A stretch of 64,000 nt of DNA from a virus (lineage: Duplodnaviria; Caudoviricetes), in IMG/VR virus record IMGVR_UViG_3300013307_000671, positions 1 through 64,000 of that record; one strand, written 5' to 3'. Shown here piece after piece: positions 40,472 to 50,794 of this stretch. The translations under genes were made by a program, and so were the position numbers. The notes beneath the pieces are model-generated. The model saw only the letters and a list, made by a program, of their open reading frames with translations. It was not told the origin of the DNA and made no database searches. Within the stretch, counting starts at the first letter, position 1. Each line of letters starts with the position of its first letter.

Positions 40472-42316
40472 TTAGTGAGGCCTTGGGCCAGATGATTTTA
40501 GCCTCAGTGCGTTTTTAGCCGCTTTATTAACACACGCAACATTGAACTCACTCTTGTATTGGTATGTTCTTTTTTCGAAATCAACATGCCTTAAGGCATT
40601 GTCGTCAATCAAAGCAAACACATCCTTTACGCCTAAAGTATGTAAAGAAGCTGATTCATAGTTCATTGCTGAACGAGGATAGTTATGCTCATTTTTCAAT
40701 GCGCTATCAACCAACATTCTTTTTATCTTATCAGTATCTGCTGCTATCTCATCAGTACTGATAGCCTTTAGCATATTAGGATCATAAGCTTGACCTTTTT
40801 CATTGTCAAAGCCATAGATATTCATCTCCGGGAAGTTAGAAGCATCAAAGCCGACCATTGAGTTAAACTTTCGACTTAACGCATCGGTATGACCATTAGG
40901 AATATAGTCAAAATCAAACTTCATGCTCACCAAAACGTGATCATTTCCCAAGGCTTTAAGTTTATCTAGGGTAGCATTCAGCTCATTATTTCCTCTCTCC
41001 TTCATATCACTGATATTTACCATATATGCTTCGCCTAATACTACATCGCCCTGAGCATTCTCAGTTAATACGTGTGCTTCATTCTTTATCGCGTAATAGG
41101 GATGCTTAATCTCTTCTGAGCGAGTAAATCCCATACCTGCCCGAACTCCACAAAGAATCTCGTTAAGCTCATGCTTCATTAAAGAACGTTGTTGAATCAA
41201 ATTGCCTTCTTTATTTCTCATGCTCAACTGAATATCACAGTAGCGATCATCTCGCTCAAGCTGAACAATGTTTACCACTGCGCTATCCACATCATTGATT
41301 AAGCCATATTTCTCTCTCACAGGCTCACTAAGCTCTTTAACAATCAAACTGTATTCATCACCTGCCTGCGCTGTTATCTTGAAACCATAAACTTTTGACA
41401 CAACATTATGGATGTCAGCAATAGAAGTAAAAGCATATTCATTATTATGAACATTACCAATAAGACGGGCGCGGTTATAAATATTATCGTCATTTAACAA
41501 AAGCTCCATACTTTTAGGCTCAAGCACCATGTAGGAATTGCTAAACACTTTACTTTCTTCGATTCTACTCCAATCAGTTTCAATCGCGTGATTTAAGCGA
41601 CTCGCCATAACAGATTCAGCAATCAACGGCCTTCTCTCTTCAGCCGTTTTACACGCAACAATATTGCTATCAACACCTTCAAAAAAGAATGTGCCATACT
41701 CATCTGTCGCAAATAACTCAAGACTTGGGCTGTAATAAGGATCAAGGAAATATTTTTGATTTTTCACATTATTCGGTGAAAAGTTTTTGAGAGAACTCAT
41801 TTTTCTATCATCAGGATAACGCATAACCATGAGAATATGTTTAATGCCATACTCTTTCATTAGTTCTGCGTTCTTAAGGTAATCAGGATGCGCATTCTGA
41901 GACAGATTTAACAGGTAATCTTTTAAGGGAATACGATACACATCCCCATCCTTCATAGCAAAAAACCCCATCACTGCAGGCGAGCTAACGTCTCTTTTTG
42001 GGGCCTGCTCTCCTTTTGCTCTCACAACGCCTTCAACATTACTGATCAGATACAGCATATCTCTTTCATTAAACTTTAAGCCAGTACCATCAATAGGTTT
42101 ACCACTTTCGTTTAAAACGGTAGAAACTGGCTCAATAAAGTCGTTTTTCCTGTTGTATTTTTCGCCTTGTTTAAAATCAATACGCACTGTTTTAGCTTCA
42201 GGCACAGCATCAATTTCATCAATCCAGCCTTGATTCTCCGCAGCTTTCATCAGATCCCTCAGCTTAGCAATCCCGAATGAAAAACTATCGTTTGGACCTA
42301 TCATTTCTTTAGTCAT
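40472..42316 (-). CDS. 614-aa hypothetical protein, paralog of 42413-44242, with basic C-tail
   Basis: Colinear motifs with its neighbour; ends 'LRLKSSGPRPH'. Confidence 0.8.
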   Translation of the reverse strand: MTKEMIGPNDSFSFGIAKLRDLMKAAENQGWIDEIDAVPEAKTVRIDFKQGEKYNRKNDFIEPVSTVLNESGKPIDGTGLKFNERDMLYLISNVEGVVRAKGEQAPKRDVSSPAVMGFFAMKDGDVYRIPLKDYLLNLSQNAHPDYLKNAELMKEYGIKHILMVMRYPDDRKMSSLKNFSPNNVKNQKYFLDPYYSPSLELFATDEYGTFFFEGVDSNIVACKTAEERRPLIAESVMASRLNHAIETDWSRIEESKVFSNSYMVLEPKSMELLLNDDNIYNRARLIGNVHNNEYAFTSIADIHNVVSKVYGFKITAQAGDEYSLIVKELSEPVREKYGLINDVDSAVVNIVQLERDDRYCDIQLSMRNKEGNLIQQRSLMKHELNEILCGVRAGMGFTRSEEIKHPYYAIKNEAHVLTENAQGDVVLGEAYMVNISDMKERGNNELNATLDKLKALGNDHVLVSMKFDFDYIPNGHTDALSRKFNSMVGFDASNFPEMNIYGFDNEKGQAYDPNMLKAISTDEIAADTDKIKRMLVDSALKNEHNYPRSAMNYESASLHTLGVKDVFALIDDNALRHVDFEKRTYQYKSEFNVACVNKAAKNALRLKSSGPRPH

Positions 42317-42412
42317 TTTGCTTCCTTAATGTATTCTTTGATTTTAACATTATAACTGATTAGCTTAATCCTGTATACAAAAAAGCCACTGGTTAAAGTG
42401 GCTTTTTCTTTC

Positions 42413-44242
42413 TTAACGCATTCTTGGCCTAGAAGAAACCTCTTGATTTTCATTTAAATCTTGAGACAGTTCCTTTACACGTTCTTTACCGATGGCGCTT
42501 ACCATGTAAAGGTTAAACTCTGTCTTTTCACTGAAAAAACCAGTCCTGAAGCTTGATTTCATAAGCGGAGACTTATCTTTTAACAGCGTGAAGATATCAT
42601 TAGCGCCTAATGAATAAATACTGGCACTTTTCAGGCTTCTGTCATTAGTCGGGAAAACACTATCATCAGATTTTTCAGTCAGCGCCTGATTAGCCGCATC
42701 CTGATCTTTTAAAATAGATTCAACTGTCATAGATTTAAGAACAGCAGGATCATAGCCTTTACCTGTCTGATTATTAAACACATAAACATCCAGCTCAGGG
42801 AACTGCTCAAGGTTGAAATCCACTTCTTTGTTATACTTATGCGTTAAAATATCTGTCCTTCCATTAAGCTTGTAAGGCAAATCTTTTTTGATAGCCACTA
42901 ATACTTCGGTATTACCTAACGCTTTCACTTTTTCAAGCTGCTTATTGAGTCCAGCATTATTTAAAGCCTCAAGATCTGCCACATTGATTAAGTAGGGCTT
43001 GTCAAGGCTCACACCTGGAATCTGAGCGGAGAGTTTTTTATCCTGATTTTCTCTTCTTGAGATTAATATCTCAGGATTTTTCCTGTTGATTAAAACCTGA
43101 CCTTGACTTTGATCAGAAGAAGAAAGGATTTCATCAAATTCTCGAACCAGTAATGACGGCCCTTTCACTGATTTAACTCCACTCACAAAGCTCGTCTCAA
43201 TATTAAGGTATTTTGACTCTACACTATTAGCTTTTACGTCAACCAAAAGAATATTTACAGTATCATCAATATCGTATTTTTTCTTTATCTCATTACTCAG
43301 GCTAGATGCTAGAATATGATAACTATCCCCATCCTGAACAGTATATTTTCTACCTACAACTTTATTCACTAATGGGATAATTTCAGATGGGGAAGCATAG
43401 GCTCTTTCATCATTACTTACATTACCGACATGACTTAGATTACGTGCTAAATCATAATCATTAAAGAAACGGTCTATATTTAAATGACCCATACGAGAAT
43501 GGTTAAAACTAATGTCTTTATTATCCATTGCTTCAATATAATCACGATTCATTGTTTTAAGGCTATTAATGGTCTCAAACTCTCTTTGGCTTTCATCTTT
43601 AATTTTACTGTAGCCTTCATAAAAATAGCGACCCTGAGCACCTACTGCCCAAATATCAAACTCCATTGTGTAATACGGATTAATTTGGGACACCTTTTCT
43701 TCTTCAAATAAACCATATAACTTATTACCTGCATTCTTACGCCCATCATGGTAATGAAAGCTAAATAAGATATGCTCAACACCATATTCTTTCATACGTT
43801 CATATTTGGGAAGATAATGCTCATGTGAAATTCTTCTCATCGCCTCAATAAAATCATTATAAGGAATATGAAAAACATCTCCATCATGGAAAACGTCATA
43901 ATCTGTTTTCACAGCAGAATTTCTTGTTCTAAGCTTTTCACCATTATTAGGCAAGCCTTTAATATGCTCAACATTATTGAATTTGCCAATAAAACTGAGC
44001 ATATCATCAGGGCTGAGAGGCATCTCAGCATTTTCAATCTTGTTTTTATTTTGATCGAGAAACTCGTGACGCGGCTCGATAAAGCCTTTCTCAGTTTCTT
44101 CAAAGATAAGCTTAACGAACGTTGAGCCAGTCTCATCCAGCATTTCTACAGCGCGAGTAACTCCATTCTTCTCAGCCATTTCTCTGATTTCTGCAGTTTC
44201 AACCACAAACACATCATTAGGCCCAATAATCAACTTAGACAT
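42413..44242 (-). CDS. 609-aa hypothetical protein, paralog of 40472-42316, with basic C-tail
   Basis: Colinear motifs with its neighbour; ends 'SSRPRMR'. Confidence 0.8.
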   Translation of the reverse strand: MSKLIIGPNDVFVVETAEIREMAEKNGVTRAVEMLDETGSTFVKLIFEETEKGFIEPRHEFLDQNKNKIENAEMPLSPDDMLSFIGKFNNVEHIKGLPNNGEKLRTRNSAVKTDYDVFHDGDVFHIPYNDFIEAMRRISHEHYLPKYERMKEYGVEHILFSFHYHDGRKNAGNKLYGLFEEEKVSQINPYYTMEFDIWAVGAQGRYFYEGYSKIKDESQREFETINSLKTMNRDYIEAMDNKDISFNHSRMGHLNIDRFFNDYDLARNLSHVGNVSNDERAYASPSEIIPLVNKVVGRKYTVQDGDSYHILASSLSNEIKKKYDIDDTVNILLVDVKANSVESKYLNIETSFVSGVKSVKGPSLLVREFDEILSSSDQSQGQVLINRKNPEILISRRENQDKKLSAQIPGVSLDKPYLINVADLEALNNAGLNKQLEKVKALGNTEVLVAIKKDLPYKLNGRTDILTHKYNKEVDFNLEQFPELDVYVFNNQTGKGYDPAVLKSMTVESILKDQDAANQALTEKSDDSVFPTNDRSLKSASIYSLGANDIFTLLKDKSPLMKSSFRTGFFSEKTEFNLYMVSAIGKERVKELSQDLNENQEVSSRPRMR

Positions 44243-44414
44243 TCCATCCCCTTAAAAGCATTTAGTATTTTCTTAGTATAGACGATTCTCCAAACATTGT
44301 ATACAAAAAGCTACCTTAAGGTAACTTTTTTGTCATCGCAACTATCTAATAACGTTTTTCTTTTCTCAATATAAACAATCCTTACCAATACAACATTTAT
44401 CTTTAACTGTATAT

Positions 44415-45620
44415 TTAAAGATCTTCTTTATCTATACCTTCAAGTATTATCCTGAAACTAGTTTCATTTAAAATTATTGAGCAATACGCATATCTTCTAT
44501 TATAACCATTTTTTAAATCGCATATTTTCAACTTAACATGCCTATATTCTTTACTTAATATCGAATTACCATTCGAATACAAATTTAAATTATACGATAA
44601 CTCGTCATTAAATATTCTATTAAATAACAGGTAAGCATCAGTATAACCTTTATCGCTGATGCTTATACTCATAGCTTCCTGATTTATTTTGCCATACGTT
44701 ATCTTTTTATCAAAAAAAACAATATCTTTGATTGTATTTTCAAACATCCATAAAGCTATCTTTTTTAAAACAGTATAAAACTCCCGCTCATTTACACTCA
44801 ATGTAAAATTATCCAGATTTATTTTATTAGCTTCCTTGATAACATCTATCAGGATGCTGTTATTAATATTATCGTTATTAGACAATAGCTTATTATGAAC
44901 ACTCCATCCTTTTAAACCAGCGCATTTTGAAATCTCATTCAGAATAGCATTATGCTTTAATGTTGGATTTTTTTCTTTTATTTTAAAACTTAACTCTTTA
45001 ATGCTATCTTTATTAATAAATAAATCATCGTTAAAATCATGTAATGATTTTATTTGCTTATGTAATATGAAAAACTCTGACAAATATTGAGGATGTTTTT
45101 TATTATCCGAATAACATTGCATTATATTAAAATAGATAGAGTAAATATTTTTATTAATGGTTATACTGAAAGAATAACGAATAAGATCGGTAAGGCATTT
45201 ATCTTGCTTTAAGTTATTAATACCTGTCATTCTTTCAGCATGAAATCCCACAGCAGAGAGGCTTATCGCAGCATGATTGTTCTTTACATTTACCGCTCTA
45301 CCTCTGGATATCATTATTAGTTCTTTGGGCTTGCTCTCATAGTCGCAGATTCCGTTCACTTCCATCTTATCCATTTCCATTATCAAAGAAACAAGAGAAA
45401 TGTAATCACACTTAGAGAGGAATTTGTTATATTTTAAGCATAATGAATCATTCTTCTTATGCGATATTTTTTGCATAAGCTCATTAAAATCAGAATAGCC
45501 TTTTATTTGTGAAACAATATTTTTTATATGATAGGAATCGACACCTGTTTTGATGGCAATATTTTCAGCAAAAGTTGAAATATCTTGAGGGATGTTCTTT
45601 AGTGTTTTATTTAATAGCAT
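44415..45620 (-). CDS. Very AT-rich hypothetical protein with two small helical repeats
   Basis: 'IKNIVSQIKGYSDF' and 'LKHNAILNEISKCAGLKGW'; composition differs from flanks. Confidence 0.65.
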   Translation of the reverse strand: MLLNKTLKNIPQDISTFAENIAIKTGVDSYHIKNIVSQIKGYSDFNELMQKISHKKNDSLCLKYNKFLSKCDYISLVSLIMEMDKMEVNGICDYESKPKELIMISRGRAVNVKNNHAAISLSAVGFHAERMTGINNLKQDKCLTDLIRYSFSITINKNIYSIYFNIMQCYSDNKKHPQYLSEFFILHKQIKSLHDFNDDLFINKDSIKELSFKIKEKNPTLKHNAILNEISKCAGLKGWSVHNKLLSNNDNINNSILIDVIKEANKINLDNFTLSVNEREFYTVLKKIALWMFENTIKDIVFFDKKITYGKINQEAMSISISDKGYTDAYLLFNRIFNDELSYNLNLYSNGNSILSKEYRHVKLKICDLKNGYNRRYAYCSIILNETSFRIILEGIDKEDL

Positions 45621-45797
45621 AGCTTATCCTTATTATATTTATAATGAGTCCTCTCGTTGTCAAAAATACAATATGAATATTAAGTTTATGAAAGACGCTT
45701 AATCGCTATTAACCATAAATGAGAAGGGAAGGTTGCGAACCTTTCCAAATATAATCGACATATTTTATTTTGTCAAAAATAACTGATGCTGCCATAT

Positions 45798-46100
45798 TTA
45801 CTCACTAGGAAGAGAGCCATGCTCAGCGAAGTGTTCAAGCAGAGGCAACAGCTTCTTCACCATTGATTGAGAGAGCATCATACGTGTATTTGACGCAATT
45901 TCCCCATCGCCTAACAGCTTTTTCAGATCAATATCTTTCCAACCTTCCTCGCCCAAATGCTTAATGCTAACATCATCACAGCCAAGCCAAATCAGCCCAC
46001 CATTATCCATAATGCTGCTTTCTTGAATGCTGCATTTCTCTCCCATCTTATCTTTAAACTCACTCAGTCGAAATCCTCTTTGCGATACTTTGCGTTTCAT
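45798..46100 (-). CDS. Conserved phage-type hypothetical protein
   Basis: 'FKDKMGEKCSIQESS...IWLG...TRMML'. Confidence 0.7.
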   Translation of the reverse strand: MKRKVSQRGFRLSEFKDKMGEKCSIQESSIMDNGGLIWLGCDDVSIKHLGEEGWKDIDLKKLLGDGEIASNTRMMLSQSMVKKLLPLLEHFAEHGSLPSE

Positions 46101-46172
46101 ATTTTACCTTTTTTATTATTTAATAAAATCTCTCTTAAAAAAGAAAAGCTCCACCGAAGTGAGGCTCTTATA

Positions 46173-46661
46173 TTACGATGCCAGAGGCATGAATGCGATT
46201 TTTGAAATAACCGCAATCTCATCGTCAGTCAAAACAAATGGCTCTTTATAAGCATCCACATGTTCAACAAGAACGCCTTTAAGACTTTCTACCACATTCG
46301 CCGGAGTCAAACGATTGTTTCGAACATGGTTATTACCTGAAACAATACGCTCATCTGCAACGAAAGTCACTACCGTACAGGTTCCGCGCAGACCCGGCTC
46401 GTTAAACTTCGCAGAAGGCAGATGCTTAATCATATCCAGTTCAGCAAACAGTTTTTCCATAGCCTCATCATTGCCGCCCTGAAGAACAACTTCTGTTTCA
46501 GCTTTGAATGCCCAATTATCAAAAAGCTCATTCGCCTGCTGGCAAAATTCCTTACTGACAAACTTTTTCCACAGATTACTCCCGCCATGATTAGACTGTG
46601 GGATCTGACTGCTACCGCGAATGTAAAAGTTTAATACTGTATAACGCTTAGAAGATTGCAT
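46173..46661 (-). CDS. Putative Pth2-like (peptidyl-tRNA hydrolase II fold) protein
   Basis: 'PQSNH', 'TEVVLQGG', 'FNEPGL..TCTVVTF' resemble phage Pth2-like proteins. Confidence 0.45.
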   Translation of the reverse strand: MQSSKRYTVLNFYIRGSSQIPQSNHGGSNLWKKFVSKEFCQQANELFDNWAFKAETEVVLQGGNDEAMEKLFAELDMIKHLPSAKFNEPGLRGTCTVVTFVADERIVSGNNHVRNNRLTPANVVESLKGVLVEHVDAYKEPFVLTDDEIAVISKIAFMPLAS

Positions 46662-46800
46662 AAATTTGCTCCTGTTTTTTCGATTTAAAAGATTATACAG
46701 CAACTTACTGATAAAAGACAACAACTATTTTTAGGCATATCTTTATTTTTGACATATCCGTCATCTCAACGTAAAATATCCTAAACAACAAGAGGGAAAA

Positions 46801-47211
46801 ATGAGTATTAACACAGACTATTATCGTATGATTGGCGTTTATATTTCTGGCGAAACATCTGACCTCTTCAAATTCTTATCTAAAAGAGGCATCACCTTTA
46901 CTGAAGAAGAAATGTATGAGATTGAAGACGGCTCTTTACACGAGGTTGTATCAAACAAACTTAGTCTTCATGATGACGTTTCGCTTGTAGATGTCGATGA
47001 CTACGCTGACTTTGTTATTGGTATCATTATCGAAGAGCGTTATATCTCCCGTGACGAGTTTGACGAAGATGGTTCTTTGTCTATATATTCTCAGACGATC
47101 ACATATTTTGATGAAGGTGAATATCTGGAAGAAAAAGCCAACATGGAAAAGTTATTTCCTAACGATCCAATAAATCACATAGAGTTCGTTTGCAATAGCG
47201 ACTTCTTTTAA
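46801..47211 (+). CDS. Highly acidic hypothetical protein
   Basis: About 32 D/E versus 9 K/R in 136 aa; TTGACA..TAAAAT promoter. Confidence 0.7.
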   Translation: MSINTDYYRMIGVYISGETSDLFKFLSKRGITFTEEEMYEIEDGSLHEVVSNKLSLHDDVSLVDVDDYADFVIGIIIEERYISRDEFDEDGSLSIYSQTITYFDEGEYLEEKANMEKLFPNDPINHIEFVCNSDFF

Positions 47212-47754
47212 ACAAAAAGCATAGCTTTGAGGCTATGCTTTATCTTTTATGATCGTATAACACCTGATATCAGTGAAATAACTTTGGTTAACAAATAAAT
47301 CACTAACCAAAAAACCATCATGCCACTTGTTATGAAGAGAAACGCACCTGATACAAAACCAAATACGCCTGAGTGAACATAGTCGTTCAATCCAACGCCA
47401 AGCTTATAAATCAATATTACTATCAGCAAGTCTATAAACAATGCTATCTGAACGTATCTTTTGAAGTATTTTCTCATCGCGCCTCCTTTTGTATTAAACA
47501 TACCAAGAGAAGGCGCATTGATCAAGTTTTATTTCCCCTGCTCTTCATATTTTAACTTTTTGGCATAACGCTCAGTCTTAATCTTTACACGCACCAGAGC
47601 ATTAAGGTTGGCCTGCGCTTCAATTACTGAGATATCGTAATCAGAAAACTCTTTCTTTACAGAATCCAGTTCTTTTTTGGCCTTGCGGACTTCTTTTTTT
47701 AACCATACCACTACGTCCATTACGCCTTCAGATTTCATTGCTATAGCCTCTTTG

Positions 47755-47790
47755 TTAAAGTAGGCCTATTATATAATAGGCCTACTTTAA
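47755..47790. repeat. Perfect 36-bp palindrome
   Basis: TTAAAGTAGGCCTATTAT|ATAATAGGCCTACTTTAA. Confidence 0.95.
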
Positions 47791-47800
47791 ATGACAACAT

Positions 47801-48250
47801 TTATTTAATTTCTTCGTAGGAGTCAACCTGAAGATGTTCGCTGTAATCATGCTCCAGATAGCAACTATATGTGATCTCAAACAGCCGCCCATCGGTATCA
47901 CGAAACACCACTTTACGCACTTCTTCAACTTCCATGTCATAGCGTGTGCCTAACTCATAGATTTCATCAGTGAGTCGGGTTTCCAAATCTTCTTCAGAAA
48001 AACCAGCAAAAGCAAAATCTACATTTCTGACATCGCTCTCGATACGCAGTTTTTTAGCCTCAATCATGACGCTATTTACTACATTAGCTATTTCCACGCA
48101 GCTATCCAGATCTTTCGGGAATCCTTCTTTGAAATCTACCGTCCATTCACCGCCAGGCTTGCCTGAAGCTACAACAAATTCTTTTCCAAGAGCAATACCT
48201 TTCACCTGGATTTCTTGACCTTCTTTTTCTACGTTAACATAATAAGACAT
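47801..48250 (-). CDS. Acidic hypothetical protein
   Basis: GAGG RBS. Confidence 0.7.
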   Translation of the reverse strand: MSYYVNVEKEGQEIQVKGIALGKEFVVASGKPGGEWTVDFKEGFPKDLDSCVEIANVVNSVMIEAKKLRIESDVRNVDFAFAGFSEEDLETRLTDEIYELGTRYDMEVEEVRKVVFRDTDGRLFEITYSCYLEHDYSEHLQVDSYEEIK

Positions 48251-48267
48251 TTATTTTTCCTCTTTGC

Positions 48268-48978
48268 TTAAATAAAACCTAAGAACATAGGATGTTCCAT
48301 CATTTTCTTATGATCGGCACTCAACTCAGACTCATCCATAATACTTTCCTTAGAAATATTAATGAAGAAGCCCTTCGCTTTAGAAACTGGCAGGTTCTTG
48401 CCATGAGGATTACAAAAATCACGCATGAAGTTGGTTTTATCCATTTCTGCTTCAACCTCAGCTAAACTCAGACGCGCAGCATCTTTCTGATCAAGTGTCT
48501 TTTCTTTTGAATAGATAATATTTTCCAGTGAATCAAGCTCTTTCTCCAGCTCAGCATAACGCTGCTCATAGCTGTTTTTAGAGTTAACCACACCACCACT
48601 TAACACGAAATCTTCTTTCTCGCGCTTATGGCTAAATGAGTTTCTCATACTAAAGCCCCAGCAGTAAGGCTTAACCTTAAATTGCTTCTGGATTTCGACT
48701 TTTTCAAATACAAACAGAATATCACCAAAACCACGAGAAACAGTCAGATCACGACTCATTGACCAGCCATACATCCACTTAGAATCTTCATAGGCAGCAT
48801 CGTTGTCTTTACGACGAATGCCATCAGCCCAAAAACGATGAGACGTGTGTGGCTCAAAATATCCCTGCTTAAGAATATCCAGAACGTGATGACCATTAAC
48901 ACCATGCCATAACACACCCTGACTATTCAGTTTCAGCAACTCAGCAGCAGAAATCTTTTTCATCATCTTTACTCTCAT
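48268..48978 (-). CDS. Putative ADP-ribosyltransferase-fold protein, paralog of 60877-61554
   Basis: 'LWHG', 'WSMSRD', 'REKEDFV'. Confidence 0.5.
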   Translation of the reverse strand: MRVKMMKKISAAELLKLNSQGVLWHGVNGHHVLDILKQGYFEPHTSHRFWADGIRRKDNDAAYEDSKWMYGWSMSRDLTVSRGFGDILFVFEKVEIQKQFKVKPYCWGFSMRNSFSHKREKEDFVLSGGVVNSKNSYEQRYAELEKELDSLENIIYSKEKTLDQKDAARLSLAEVEAEMDKTNFMRDFCNPHGKNLPVSKAKGFFINISKESIMDESELSADHKKMMEHPMFLGFI

Positions 48979-49390
48979 CGTTTAAGTGTTGTCATTATAT
49001 CAAAACGAGGAGTCATACACAACAAAAAAGACGCCTAAGCATCTCTTTTTATTCATCAAGAAGAGCAACTCGCTCCTCCACTGTGAGTTTCATCCAAGGC
49101 TCAACGCCTATCAATGCCCAGCCCAAAAAACTAAAATGCTTATTTGCTCTTGATAAAGACGTAGAGTAGGTTTCATCAAGTTTTAAATACCTTTTACTTA
49201 GTCCAAAAAAAGGAGCACGAATAGTTTTATTTGTGCGTGGGAACTCTTGATCTTGAACAAGAAAGTATTTTCTACGAAACTTTAACATAAGCAACTCTCT
49301 TTGAAAAGGAATAACTATCATATCAGACATTCCATTTAAAGACAATAAAAAAGACGCCGCAGCGTCTCTTTATGTTTGTTTTTCTTTTGA

Positions 49391-49735
49391 TCAGAACAAA
49401 AACTCAACCGTCAACACGGTTGCAGTCAGGCTCAGTTGATTTGCTGCCTGAAGCTCACGCATCACACGCATAGCTTCTTTATTATCATCAAACATCGCAA
49501 CACTTATATCTTCAGTTGCGCCACTTTTAAAACACGCATAGTGCTCTTTTAGTGTTTTAGAAGCAACGGTACCGCCCTCAGCTACAGCCTCAATAAAAGC
49601 CGGGTTCCACGCATCACGACACAACACACCTTCTTTCGCTTTAATCATCGCCGTCATTTGACTATCCCCATCCACTCGTTTCAACATGTTTATCATATCA
49701 CTTTGAGCTTTCTGGATACAACCAAAATTGCTCAT
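49391..49735 (-). CDS. Hypothetical protein
   Basis: AGGA RBS. Confidence 0.6.
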   Translation of the reverse strand: MSNFGCIQKAQSDMINMLKRVDGDSQMTAMIKAKEGVLCRDAWNPAFIEAVAEGGTVASKTLKEHYACFKSGATEDISVAMFDDNKEAMRVMRELQAANQLSLTATVLTVEFLF

Positions 49736-49817
49736 TAGTAGATTTTTTCCTAAAGCGACCCGGCAAATATTTTTTCTTATAATGTTAAAGAAGGCGCTTA
49801 GCGCCTTCTTTTTTAAC

Positions 49818-50291
49818 TTATATACGTGGTCTTTTCGGAGCCGGAGCCTCTACATCAAAATCTTCAGCTAACTGCAGATGCCTTTCTCTTGCCAGATCTT
49901 CCGTTACAAAACCTTCCATGCTCTCCACACCATCTTTTTTGATTTTGATGACAAAACCAGCATCTGTTGTTTCTATATTCCCTGAAATCATTCTTTCCAT
50001 GAGATCTATTTCACGCATCTTGTATAAAACAGCTTTATCACCTGAATGAGATTCCACATTTTCAAGCTCATCAAGCACTACAAGGTCCTTTAAAATATTA
50101 TCTTTATGCTCAAATGGCAGATCTTTCCAGACTTTATCCATTCTTACTTCACCGCTTCCATCTTTTACCACATCATTCCATAAATAGAGATAAGTGGATT
50201 TCTCAAGAGTGTCAGAAGTCTCAGCAACACCATCCGCCGTGCGACCAATTAATAGCTCTTCAAATACATTACGCTCTTCTTTCATAATCAA
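49818..50291 (-). CDS. Acidic hypothetical protein with basic C-tail
   Basis: Ends 'APAPKRPRI'. Confidence 0.7.
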   Translation of the reverse strand: MIMKEERNVFEELLIGRTADGVAETSDTLEKSTYLYLWNDVVKDGSGEVRMDKVWKDLPFEHKDNILKDLVVLDELENVESHSGDKAVLYKMREIDLMERMISGNIETTDAGFVIKIKKDGVESMEGFVTEDLARERHLQLAEDFDVEAPAPKRPRI

Positions 50292-50469
50292 TCCTTTTGT
50301 TAAGTTTATTTAATTATATCAAATGCTTACTTTTGTGCAATAAAAAACCACCCGAAGGTGGTTATTTAAATATTAATCCATTTTTCAACACAGAGCAAGC
50401 TTTTATAAAAAATAAACTTAAATGAATATCTCTCAAAAATTTCAACTTCCATGCTTCGTGATTTGAGTA

Positions 50470-50715
50470 TTAGGCTTGTTCTGCTTTTTTCAGCTCATCA
50501 CGAACCGCATTGAAGCGAGAAACCGTTTTATAGATATACTGGCGAGAAACGTCGTATTTCTTAGCAGTTTCCACTACGTTACGTTGCTTCAGTAAAATGT
50601 CTTCCAGAATGTCATGCGTTCGAACAGCCCAACCCTCAAGCTTTGCGGTTACTTTCGCAAACTCTTCAGTGGTGATATTCGCAATGCTATTTGTGTCTTT
50701 TACAGGTTTTGCCAT
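50470..50715 (-). CDS. TrfB/KorA/ArdK-like HTH transcriptional regulator
   Basis: 'ITTEEF', 'VETAKKYDVSRQYIYKTVSRF'. Confidence 0.65.
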   Translation of the reverse strand: MAKPVKDTNSIANITTEEFAKVTAKLEGWAVRTHDILEDILLKQRNVVETAKKYDVSRQYIYKTVSRFNAVRDELKKAEQA

Positions 50716-50794
50716 GATATTTACTCCAAGTCTTGTTATTAATGATTTAGTTTAACCAAAGGCCAGCACATGCTGACCTAATAGTGTTCAGTTA

